Assembly: GCA_016839745.1 (NCBI GenBank)
Contig: JAEOTS010000122.1
Coordinates: 1 to 64,000 of the forward strand
Length of the DNA: 64,000 nucleotides
Origin: Promethearchaeota archaeon
GTDB lineage: Archaea > Asgardarchaeota > Lokiarchaeia > Sigyniarchaeales > SOKP01
Reading direction: 5' to 3'
Positions 42,078 to 51,033 of the stretch are shown here, one piece after another; positions within the stretch are counted from its first letter, which is position 1; each line of letters begins with the position of its first letter. The notes beneath the pieces are model-generated. The model had not been told where the DNA came from. It was given only the letters and a program-made list of their open reading frames with translations, and did not search any database. The position numbers and the translations under genes are program-made.

Positions 42078-43274
42078 TTATTTTATATGTAATTCGATTA
42101 TATCATTTTCTTTTAACTCGTAATCTAAACCAACTTTTTTCTTCTCTTGTCTAGCGTCCTTCCGAATAATTGTTGCGTAATCGAGTGATTCGAGGAAACT
42201 TCTGTGGATCTTTATAGCTACATTCCGCACTGTTGGGTGAATATTGTCAATTAATAGTGGTTTTTCAGCCACAACTCCCTTATGCATTGTATAAACCTTG
42301 ATTTTTCCTAAAAATTTTAATACAATTTTTCCAAAATCCTCAGGTATTTCCTTTTTGTTTACACTCGTTCCAATTACTAATGGAAATTGTTCTGAATAAT
42401 AATTTTCTAGTTCCAAAAAAGAATTTTTTGTAAGAGATAAGTCTCCCTTGGTCCCTAAGATAATAGATTTTTTGTATGTCATGGAAGGATTTAGTGTATC
42501 AACGACTTGTTCAAGATTTATCTTCCCAAAAACCTTAACAATGCCATTCCGTATGCCACCTGCTTTAGTTATTTCTTTAATTCTCTCAGTTAATTCTTCA
42601 ATGTTTTTATTTTCTTTAGCTTCGCTCGTTAAATAAAATACTTGAATCTTATTAGAACCTGTCTTCTCAATGGTAATTGGAGGTGGTGGAACATTAAGGC
42701 GTACATGGGATTCCTGTAATTCCTTTAATAGCAAATTCATTTGTTCTTTATAATTACGCGATAAGTCTATGCAAAAGCATATTAGATCGCAAGCTCTTAA
42801 TTGAGATATTATTTCTTTACCGTTTCCTATCCCATTTGCAGCCCCCTCCATAATTGAGGGCATATCAACAATTTGATAACGAACTTTATTATGTTCATAA
42901 ATACCAATTTCAGGAAGAGGAGTAAATTTACCTATCTTTTCTTTTGCAGCCCCGGTTAATAAATTCAGAAGGGATGTTTTCCCAACACCGGGAGAATGAT
43001 AGTCACTTATTAGAATTAGTTGGATTCCTTCTTTTTTTATTGAAAAAGGACTAACTTGTTTACCCATAGACTTAATGCGATTTTTTTGCGCTTCTTGTTC
43101 TCTTCTAAGTTTTGCAAGGCGCGATTTGTTTAGGGCGACTATTTTTTCAGTAGCTTTGTGTTTAGGAACTAAGGATAGATACTCTTCTAGACGCTTTATC
43201 TTTTCATCAATGGTAGTGGCTTCCAAATATTTTTGATATGCTGCTTGCGCTTCTGGTCCTATATTTGAACTCAT
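42078..43274 (-). CDS. DRG/Obg-family GTP-binding protein with TGS domain (degenerate G motifs)
   Basis: PKHKATEK N-terminus, GVGKTS, QIVDMPSIMEGA..G.G.G, TKGD, C-terminal KIH...VGLDYELKENDIIE. Confidence 0.85.
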   Translation of the reverse strand: MSSNIGPEAQAAYQKYLEATTIDEKIKRLEEYLSLVPKHKATEKIVALNKSRLAKLRREQEAQKNRIKSMGKQVSPFSIKKEGIQLILISDYHSPGVGKTSLLNLLTGAAKEKIGKFTPLPEIGIYEHNKVRYQIVDMPSIMEGAANGIGNGKEIISQLRACDLICFCIDLSRNYKEQMNLLLKELQESHVRLNVPPPPITIEKTGSNKIQVFYLTSEAKENKNIEELTERIKEITKAGGIRNGIVKVFGKINLEQVVDTLNPSMTYKKSIILGTKGDLSLTKNSFLELENYYSEQFPLVIGTSVNKKEIPEDFGKIVLKFLGKIKVYTMHKGVVAEKPLLIDNIHPTVRNVAIKIHRSFLESLDYATIIRKDARQEKKKVGLDYELKENDIIELHIK

Positions 43275-43302
43275 TAAAAAAAGCCAACTCTTAAAAAATA
43301 AT

Positions 43303-43758
43303 TTAGAAAATCGATCGAAACCTATCTTCTGTTTTTAGTTTTAAATCTCCTATAATTTTATCAATTCTGGCTTCAAAATTCTTGAAAAATTTTTCTTTTT
43401 TCGAAAAAATATCGTTAAGAGAGTATCTATTTAGAAAATGAGAATTAACTTCACTTAACTGTTTTTTGACGATACTTGAATCCGTTTCTTTCTCAGTTAT
43501 AGCAAAGGAAATTAATGGCTGCTTATTTAATTCATCGCTTGGTAAAGATATTAAATCGCAATAGCAAACTAGTTTAAAAGAGGCTAAAGATATAACATTT
43601 ATATCATCTCCAAACACTTCTGATGTAAAACTTTCGAGTGCAGAGAGAAATCCTGCTCTTAATTCTGGATCTAAACCTACTCCTGTATCAGAATCGTAGT
43701 ATTTTATATTCAAAAGGTTTCGTATACCTAAATTTATGCCAAGTTCTAAAATAGCCAT
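43303..43758 (-). CDS. Longin-like domain protein
   Basis: DPELRAGFLSALESFTSEVFGDDINVI...QLSEVNSHFLNRY...FKNFEARI. Confidence 0.6.
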   Translation of the reverse strand: MAILELGINLGIRNLLNIKYYDSDTGVGLDPELRAGFLSALESFTSEVFGDDINVISLASFKLVCYCDLISLPSDELNKQPLISFAITEKETDSSIVKKQLSEVNSHFLNRYSLNDIFSKKEKFFKNFEARIDKIIGDLKLKTEDRFRSIF

Positions 43759-43872
43759 CTTTCAATGTGAGTCAATTTTTAATCCTAACCTTATAAGGTT
43801 GTAAGTATATTTAATAATTTCACTTTAGATTATTTGTTTTTTTTTGATAAATAATTCGTCATATTAAGAGGA

Positions 43873-44730
43873 TTACAGCTTAAAGTGGTTTTTATAGGTA
43901 AAGAATGTGTTTTGGAGTAAAAAGCTTACTGTCATCGGTCCAACACCCCCCGGATTTGGAGTAATCCAGGAGCACTTGTCAAAAACTCCTTGATAATCAA
44001 CGTCTCCACATGTTTTTCCATTTACTTTACTGATACCCACATCTATTATAACCACACCTTCTTTTATTTTTTCTTTAGTGATGAAGTTTGGTTGACCGAC
44101 AGCGGTTATTAAAATGTCTGCATTCATAATGTAATCATTTATATTTACCGTTGATGTGTGACAAATTGATACTGTTGCGTTTCTTTTTAAAAGCATGAAA
44201 AATAATGGTTTTCCAACTAAATTTGATCGGTTTATAATAACAGCATGTTTTCCCTTGATTTCTATATTATAGTACTCTAGAAGCGCTATAATCCCTTTTG
44301 GAGTACAAGGCACGAGATCTTCATTGTAGTCAAACAATTTGCCCCTATTGATTGGATGAAGCCCATCTACATCCTTTAGAGGACTGATTATTTCATTAAA
44401 ATCTTTAGTGAAAGGTTTTAATTTTTTTGGAAGAGGTTGTTGCAATATTATCCCATGAATGGTGTTATCTGCGTTTAACCTTTCAATTTCATTTATTAAC
44501 GCTTCTTTTGTAATAGCTTGCTTTAAATTTACTAAAATTGATTCAATTCCAATTTCAGTGCACCTTCTTCTTTTTATGTTTAAATATAATTCCGACGCAG
44601 GATCATTACCAACTAGAACACCCGCTAATTTCGGTTTTACACCAGTTTTTTCTGAAATCAATTTTATTTTCTTTTCTAATTCAAAATTTAATTTCTGTGA
44701 TAATTCTTTACCATCTAATATTTTTCCCAT
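43873..44730 (-). CDS. folD: Bifunctional methylenetetrahydrofolate dehydrogenase/cyclohydrolase
   Basis: KDVDGLHP, PCTPKG, RSNLVGKP, IDVG, PGGVGPMT. Confidence 0.95.
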   Translation of the reverse strand: MGKILDGKELSQKLNFELEKKIKLISEKTGVKPKLAGVLVGNDPASELYLNIKRRRCTEIGIESILVNLKQAITKEALINEIERLNADNTIHGIILQQPLPKKLKPFTKDFNEIISPLKDVDGLHPINRGKLFDYNEDLVPCTPKGIIALLEYYNIEIKGKHAVIINRSNLVGKPLFFMLLKRNATVSICHTSTVNINDYIMNADILITAVGQPNFITKEKIKEGVVIIDVGISKVNGKTCGDVDYQGVFDKCSWITPNPGGVGPMTVSFLLQNTFFTYKNHFKL

Positions 44731-44843
44731 AATAATCTTGACTTTTCAAGTGATAAACTTAATTTTAATCAAATATATGTAAAACAAGGTATTCATTGAA
44801 ATAAATAAGTATTATTATATGCTTATTAAATGATAAAAAAAGT

Positions 44844-45953
44844 TTAAATTCTTCTCCTACGCAAAATTAAGTAAACAACTAATACGATTACTCCTATAAC
44901 TGTAAGTACAATAATCAAGATTAAAAAATTAAGCTCGACCATGAAAATATCTTCGTTCAATAAATCTAGCGATCCAAGGATTTGTAAAATTTTGAAAGCA
45001 GAATAGGATGTACTAATAGAAGAGAGTCTTTGATTGATATCTTCATTCCAATCACTAAAACCACCATCGAGAAAACTTTGATGTTCTAATACCCAATTGG
45101 AAGTTGCGACTCTATTTAATTCAGTCTCGTCTATTAATCTAATTCCTTCAACGCAGAGGTATGTACTACTTAATAATGGAGTTTTAGCGTATAAATCAGG
45201 TAAATAACCACCGTAGTGTTCAAGATTATTAGAGTCTCCGATATAATGTGATTTAAAGTAATTTAAAGTTGCAGTTTGATTAGCTAAATCATTTATTGAA
45301 CCTAATTCACTAAATAAATTAACCGCAAAATATGTAGTAGTCAATGTAGATGATAAAGATTGGTTTCCTCCATACCCTCCGTCTGTATTATTGCACGATA
45401 ATACCCAAGTTTTATGGATTGTTTCATTTTCAACCGGTTCATCGATTATGGTAAATATATTATATATATAGTAAGTTGAAGCCATGTTTGCAGCATTAGA
45501 TATGTTTGTAGGACTAAAGCCACCTCCGATCTGAATGGTGTCATTTATGTACGTATAAATTTGATCACGTAAAACTGAATTTAAAGAAGTTTCTAGGGAT
45601 TCCAGCATGTTTAATGTTTCTAAAAGATAGTATATTTGGTAGATATCAATTTCTCCTGTCTCAAACATAGTTCGAATTTGTTCTTGTAAGTAAGCCTTTA
45701 AACCAGTTATACCAACGCTTCTAATCTCCTCAAATAAGACTTCAATAAGATAAGCATTATAAAAGTCCAAAATTTCTATTGCGTTAGCTGTGTCTTGGGG
45801 TGATATGCCAAAACTTTCGTTTGCTTTTTGATTTTCGTAAATAAAATCGACTAAATGACTCTGACGGGTTTTTGCTAATGCTATTGGTGTAATACTTAGC
45901 ATTAAAGTAATTAATAATAAAGCAAATGTTAAATTCCGAACTCTGTTTTTCAA
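44844..45953 (-). CDS. Prenyltransferase/squalene-oxidase-repeat (alpha/alpha barrel) protein with signal peptide and C-terminal TM anchor
   Basis: Repeats GGGFS, WVLSCNNTDGGYGG, GGYL, WVLEHQSFLDGGFS, each followed by (S/T)T-x-[YS]; N-terminal signal peptide; TM plus RRRR tail. Confidence 0.75.
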   Translation of the reverse strand: MKNRVRNLTFALLLITLMLSITPIALAKTRQSHLVDFIYENQKANESFGISPQDTANAIEILDFYNAYLIEVLFEEIRSVGITGLKAYLQEQIRTMFETGEIDIYQIYYLLETLNMLESLETSLNSVLRDQIYTYINDTIQIGGGFSPTNISNAANMASTYYIYNIFTIIDEPVENETIHKTWVLSCNNTDGGYGGNQSLSSTLTTTYFAVNLFSELGSINDLANQTATLNYFKSHYIGDSNNLEHYGGYLPDLYAKTPLLSSTYLCVEGIRLIDETELNRVATSNWVLEHQSFLDGGFSDWNEDINQRLSSISTSYSAFKILQILGSLDLLNEDIFMVELNFLILIIVLTVIGVIVLVVYLILRRRRI

Positions 45954-46099
45954 TTAAAAAAAAACCCCAATCTGGTTTTAACTAAATTTTAATTTTTTAA
46001 ATTTAACGTGTAATTAAAAATTAACGATCTTTTGAGTTTTTAGTTAGATTATCATGTAAACTATAATAAAAATTAGAAATAAATTGATCAAAGTTTGAT

Positions 46100-47626
46100 C
46101 TAAAAAATATCGCTAATATTCTTATATAACGCAGCACTATTGGATTGAAATTCTTCGTGGGTTACAAATAGATTTTGAAAGCTCGGCAAGCTCCCGAGTA
46201 TACTAGCGCCATTAAATATAGCAAACTGTAAGTTTTCTGGTACGAAGAATCTTACTACCTCTTCCGATGACTCGTAAAAACCAGAAAATTCTCTAGCAGG
46301 TGGAGTATTCTTAACGATCTCAGGAGGTACCTCTGGTATCTCTGTTAATGGAAAACTTTTTCCACAATAAGGACAAAAAATCGAATCTTCATCTTCAACT
46401 TTCTTTTTGCAATTAGGGCAAATTCTCTTTCCTTTTTCACTTTTAGAATTTGTGCCTAGTTTAATGCTTCCAATTGAAAGCTCGGGTAAAATCATTCTAC
46501 CATTACAAGACGGACAGAACTCTTTACCATCAGTTAGATCTACTAACGTACCACAATGTGGACAAGTATCTTCCTTCTTCTGTGATTTTTCTTTTAATTT
46601 CATTTTTTGCCTTTCTTCCCGTGAGGCTTTCACAATCTTAGGTTTTGGTATTTTTCCCAGCTGTGGGATTAATTGTGCTAGTTCAGATCGTAGTCTCTCT
46701 TCAAATCCAGAATATGAAAGATTTCCACCCGATATCATAATATGTGAAAGAAGATCGCTCCAATAATATTTGTCAATTCCTTGCAAGCTATTTATAACCG
46801 CTTGTGGAATGTTAAGGATATTATACCCTAATAAGTTAGGTTTAAATAATACTTCTGGTGCTTCATGGAAGATATAATTTGGTATATTAATATTAGATCC
46901 ATCTGGCATTGTAAAACTAAAACTATCATCTAACTTTGGAGGGTGTTCAGGATCTAAAGCGAAAAAGCAGTTTTTTTCTTTGATATCTTTAATTATTTCG
47001 TCGACTGCACTTGATTCAATATTAATACCTTCTCTCATAAGTAAATTCTTTAAATGTTGATTTACATCTGTACCAGCTAAAGTTAATTTTTGCACCGATT
47101 GATCAACAATTTCTCCACTCAGAATGGGGCATACCCAAGTGATTCCATCTCCACTCTCTATAACTGTACCAGTTGTTAACCCTACACTAAATAAAGACAG
47201 TATAGGGGTAGGAATCATTATTAAACTTCTGACTTTATGGGTTTCATATAAAACTCGAGCAATATATTCCTTAGTCTCCCGCTGGACAAACGGAGGTTCA
47301 GTGTATAGCACTGGATAATTAGTAAGATTTTCAATTCTTAATAGCGAATAGAAAATATAATTTAAGATTTCATAATAATCGTTCCAATCCATTATTGCAC
47401 CCCGTTCGATAGGGTGTTTTATTTTTAGAACTCCTCGCATTTTTGAAGCGTCTGATCCGATATATATATTTCGGGCGCCAACATCAACCATTACAGCTTT
47501 ATATTTTTCAGTACCGGTGATGGTGGGGAAAACAAACCTAGGACTAGGCTCTCCCGCGAAACCTATCTTAGTGTAGGCTGAACCAATGTCGACGATAATC
47601 GGGGTTCCCGGTAATGGTACTGCCAT
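46100..47626 (-). CDS. Actin-family (actin-related) protein with inserted double zinc-ribbon domains
   Basis: VDIGSAYTKIGFAGEPSPRFVFPT, HPIERG..DW, ESGDG, LAGTD, IKEK, PDG, PEVLF, SGGN, GASILGSL; insert with four CPxC. Confidence 0.92.
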   Translation of the reverse strand: MAVPLPGTPIIVDIGSAYTKIGFAGEPSPRFVFPTITGTEKYKAVMVDVGARNIYIGSDASKMRGVLKIKHPIERGAIMDWNDYYEILNYIFYSLLRIENLTNYPVLYTEPPFVQRETKEYIARVLYETHKVRSLIMIPTPILSLFSVGLTTGTVIESGDGITWVCPILSGEIVDQSVQKLTLAGTDVNQHLKNLLMREGINIESSAVDEIIKDIKEKNCFFALDPEHPPKLDDSFSFTMPDGSNINIPNYIFHEAPEVLFKPNLLGYNILNIPQAVINSLQGIDKYYWSDLLSHIMISGGNLSYSGFEERLRSELAQLIPQLGKIPKPKIVKASREERQKMKLKEKSQKKEDTCPHCGTLVDLTDGKEFCPSCNGRMILPELSIGSIKLGTNSKSEKGKRICPNCKKKVEDEDSIFCPYCGKSFPLTEIPEVPPEIVKNTPPAREFSGFYESSEEVVRFFVPENLQFAIFNGASILGSLPSFQNLFVTHEEFQSNSAALYKNISDIF

Positions 47627-47784
47627 GCTTGATCAATTAAATTTTTTAAAGGTTTATGTTCTTTTATATAAATCTCTAAATTTAAGTATTAGTACAATAA
47701 TATAATAAAATGATTTTCCTTAATTAAATAATTTTTCCAAAAGAGGAAAGATAAGTTAGAATATTTTAATTACCAAGATCCATA

Positions 47785-48207
47785 TTAATCGATTTTTAAA
47801 GATTTTTCTAGCTTCTTTTCAATTCCTTCTAATTCGGTTAGGAGATTTTTATAAGTTTTCAGTAAATACTTGCCCCAATCGTTTAGTTTAACCCATCCCC
47901 CTCCACCAAGACCTCCTTTTCTAGTTTCTACAGGTGTTTTTCCTGATCTTTCTTTTATTTTATTTAAAATGTTCCACGCATATTTGTATGAATAACCGCA
48001 CTCTTTTGCTGCTTTTGTTAAAGATTTGGGCTCGTTGTTATTAGCGTCATCAATACATTCAAGTAAATTAGCCCATCCTGACCCTAAAATATTTTTACGA
48101 CCCTCATCTTGAAATTCTAGCCAGAATTTGATTCCAAAACTAATTTTACCTTTTAATTTTTCGATATTAGAGTTATCCTCCAATTTTTCACTAGAAGGTT
48201 CTTCCAT
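47785..48207 (-). CDS. ModE-family winged-helix regulator
   Basis: SLTKAAKECGYSYKYAW...VETRKGGLGGGG. Confidence 0.85.
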   Translation of the reverse strand: MEEPSSEKLEDNSNIEKLKGKISFGIKFWLEFQDEGRKNILGSGWANLLECIDDANNNEPKSLTKAAKECGYSYKYAWNILNKIKERSGKTPVETRKGGLGGGGWVKLNDWGKYLLKTYKNLLTELEGIEKKLEKSLKID

Positions 48208-48308
48208 ATTATTTAATTGACTTACTTAATTTTAATTGTTTTTTATAAGAGTAAAGAGAAAAAGATTAAAGTTAAGTCGATTTTTTTTTTGTAAAATAAC
48301 TACAATGA

Positions 48309-49067
48309 ATGAAAATGTTTTTTCCTGATACAGAGAATTCAGTAAAATTAGGACGAGAAGTTACTGAAGATATTTATCATTTTGAAGAGAACCCGATGTT
48401 GGATTGTAATCAGTTTATAATTAACGACAAAAGTACTGGTGAGTTGGCGCTATTTGATTCTGGAAATGGACTTTCTTTAAAGAGTTTGTTCGAAGGTATG
48501 AATAATCTGGGTTTAGATTATAGAAAAATAACTAAAGTATTTCTAACTCACGAACATGTAGATCATGTTCTGGGCTTGTACCCGCTGATAAAAACTCTAA
48601 AAAGTAATCCCCCTGAATTATATGCTTATGGTGAAACAGCGAAAATATTAAGAGAAGGCATTGAATCAAAGATTTTTCCCGGTAATCTCGGGATCAGTCC
48701 AAAAATGTTTGGTTTAGAAATAATTCCTTTAGATGTCAAGATTCTGAATATTCATGAGACAATTAACATCGGTTCAGAATTCACTTTTAATATTTATTAC
48801 ACTCCAGGTCACTCTCAAGGTTCAATTTGTTATTATGAATCTAATAAAAAAATCTTAATTCCTGGAGATTTAGTATTTACGGGAGGGAGTTTTGGAAGAT
48901 ACGATTTTCCAGGGGGATCTCTGGACGCTTTAATTGAATCGATAAAATTTGTTAATAATTTGGATGTCAAATATTTACTTCCGGGTCATATGGGGATAAG
49001 CGATAACGGAAACCCGCAAATTGACTATTCCTATAAAATGGTTCAGTCAATAAAGAGCTTTTTTTAA
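48309..49067 (+). CDS. Metallo-beta-lactamase-fold hydrolase
   Basis: THEHVDH, TPGHSQG, GDLVF, PGH. Confidence 0.92.
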   Translation: MKMFFPDTENSVKLGREVTEDIYHFEENPMLDCNQFIINDKSTGELALFDSGNGLSLKSLFEGMNNLGLDYRKITKVFLTHEHVDHVLGLYPLIKTLKSNPPELYAYGETAKILREGIESKIFPGNLGISPKMFGLEIIPLDVKILNIHETINIGSEFTFNIYYTPGHSQGSICYYESNKKILIPGDLVFTGGSFGRYDFPGGSLDALIESIKFVNNLDVKYLLPGHMGISDNGNPQIDYSYKMVQSIKSFF

Positions 49068-49230
49068 TTTTTATTAATCAAACACATTTAATTCTATCAG
49101 TAGGGATTTTACAAAATCTAATTTCTTTACCCATTTGATATTTAATTGATAAGAACATTTTTTAACCTAAGATTCTATATTGAAGTTAATCACTTCATTT
49201 AAAATATAAAAAAAGAACAAATTAAAATTT

Positions 49231-49890
49231 GTGATTAAAATGTCTGATAAATCAATAGACGAAGTTTATTTAAGGTCTTACCCAAAAGTTATATTTTTCT
49301 GGCCTATGGCGCTCTTTTCGTTTGTATTATGGCTGTTGCAATTGCTTTACCCTGAACCTCTTGCAATATTCGGTAACATCTGGCTTATTGTATTTTTCAT
49401 TAACATGTTTATCGTTGCTTTCGATTTTAGTAGTACGAAATTTTTCGTTTTAATTCTCGTTGTCGTTGTTGTAGTTTTACTTCTTGTTTTTCTCGTACCA
49501 GGAATGTTTGCTGCTCTTCCAGGAGGAACCTTTAATCCGGGTTTAACAGCAGAATTTTACGTAGTAGTTACTATTATAATGGCGTTTATTTTAGGACTCG
49601 TTGTTTTGGGATCGAGATTTGATTACTGGAAAATTGAAAGAAACGAAATTTATCATAAAAGCGGAATCTTCTCAAGCGCAGAAAGAATTCCTACAAAAAG
49701 TTTAAGAATCAGGAAATCCATCCCAGATGTGTTTGAATTCTTTATCTTGCGTGCAGGATCAATCACACTTATGCCAGGCCAAGGCGACGTAATCCCACTT
49801 CCTACAGTGCTAAACATAAACAAGAAACAGAAGCAGATTGACTATTTATTGAGCTATGTATCAGTAGAACCGGACGAACTGGACGGGTAA
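49231..49890 (+). CDS. Four-TM membrane protein with C-terminal soluble (possibly bPH-like) domain
   Basis: Hydrophobic N-terminal half; YHKSGIFSSAERI...FEFFILRAGSITL. Confidence 0.65.
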   Translation: MIKMSDKSIDEVYLRSYPKVIFFWPMALFSFVLWLLQLLYPEPLAIFGNIWLIVFFINMFIVAFDFSSTKFFVLILVVVVVVLLLVFLVPGMFAALPGGTFNPGLTAEFYVVVTIIMAFILGLVVLGSRFDYWKIERNEIYHKSGIFSSAERIPTKSLRIRKSIPDVFEFFILRAGSITLMPGQGDVIPLPTVLNINKKQKQIDYLLSYVSVEPDELDG

Positions 49891-50127
49891 TTTAGAGCCA
49901 ATTGAAATTCAAAGCCTAAGATTAATATGTTTTTTTTCCTTTTTTAAAATCTATATTTTTTTACAAGTTTTTGTTTTTTGTAAACAACAATAGTTATAAA
50001 ATGAATATAGTCCAAGCCTCTTTAATACATTAAATCCATCTTTTGTTAAATGATACGCCTCGGCTTTTATAGTTGAGAAAGATAGCGGATCCATACCTAA
50101 ATGTTTCCCAAAACCTTCTATGATGTG

Positions 50128-50202
50128 ATAAACAAAAAAAAGAAACAGATTGACAATTTATTGAGCTATGTATCAGCAAAGCCAGATTAATTAGATTACT
50201 AA
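50128..50202 (+). pseudogene. Degenerate duplicate of the last 25 codons of the 49231-49890 gene
   Basis: Reads INKKKKQIDNLLSYVSAKPD*LDY* versus INKKQKQIDYLLSYVSVEPDELDG* at 49816-49890. Confidence 0.75.
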
Positions 50203-50288
50203 ATTTTATAAGAAGAAAGTAAAAATAATTATTTTTTTTTTTGATTTTCATTAGATTTAAGAAGTAAACTATATTTTAAGTAATACTG

Positions 50289-51014
50289 ATGACACATCCT
50301 CTAATTTTATTATTCGACTTTGATGGTGTAGTAATTACTCAACGAGCGCTTGAGTTTACTGCTTTATTGTACTTGAAAAAAGGATTCTATAATTGGAAAA
50401 ACACCAAACAATTGAGATTAATTGATATTGCAAGACTTTTTGAGGAAGCAGATTCGAGTAACAGATTGAAAGCATTTTTTAATGTTTATCGTGTATATAA
50501 AAATTACATCCCTAATCGATGGAAGCGGATTTTATTTTTTATCAAATTTAGAAGAACTTTTCCTAAATACGAAAAATATGAGACTCTGAAACCTAACTTG
50601 GAGGGCATTCTAAAAGAATTAAAAAAACGGGGAGTCATTTTTGGAATTGTTTCAAATACAAGTGGAGAAAGATTAGAGCTATTTAGAAATAGATTAAATT
50701 TAGATGATTTTTTTTCTGTTTTTATTTCCCGTGACGATACAGCAATAAGAAAACCTCATGGATATCCTGTTATAGTTGCGTTAAGGCAAATTAAACAGAT
50801 TTTAAAAGTTCCTATAGATAAGGACAAGGTGTATCTAATAGGAGACCTTCCTACAGATATTGAGTGTGCAATCAACGCAGGAGTGAAAAGTATTGCATTA
50901 CTTTCAGGTCATGGTACTAAAATTGATTTGGAAATGGCTAATCCAAGCATTGTTCTTCAAGAAATTAAGGATATTTTAGAAGTTGACCCTTTCAAAAAAT
51001 TATTATTGGACTAA
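50289..51014 (+). CDS. HAD-family hydrolase (phosphoglycolate phosphatase-like)
   Basis: FDFDGV, VSN, KP, IGDLPTD. Confidence 0.88.
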   Translation: MTHPLILLFDFDGVVITQRALEFTALLYLKKGFYNWKNTKQLRLIDIARLFEEADSSNRLKAFFNVYRVYKNYIPNRWKRILFFIKFRRTFPKYEKYETLKPNLEGILKELKKRGVIFGIVSNTSGERLELFRNRLNLDDFFSVFISRDDTAIRKPHGYPVIVALRQIKQILKVPIDKDKVYLIGDLPTDIECAINAGVKSIALLSGHGTKIDLEMANPSIVLQEIKDILEVDPFKKLLLD

Positions 51015-51033
51015 ACATTAAATTTCGTTAACA

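Noticed and set aside
50030-50251. 73-aa minus-strand ORF
   Set aside because: Low-complexity antisense reading of the duplicated gene relic
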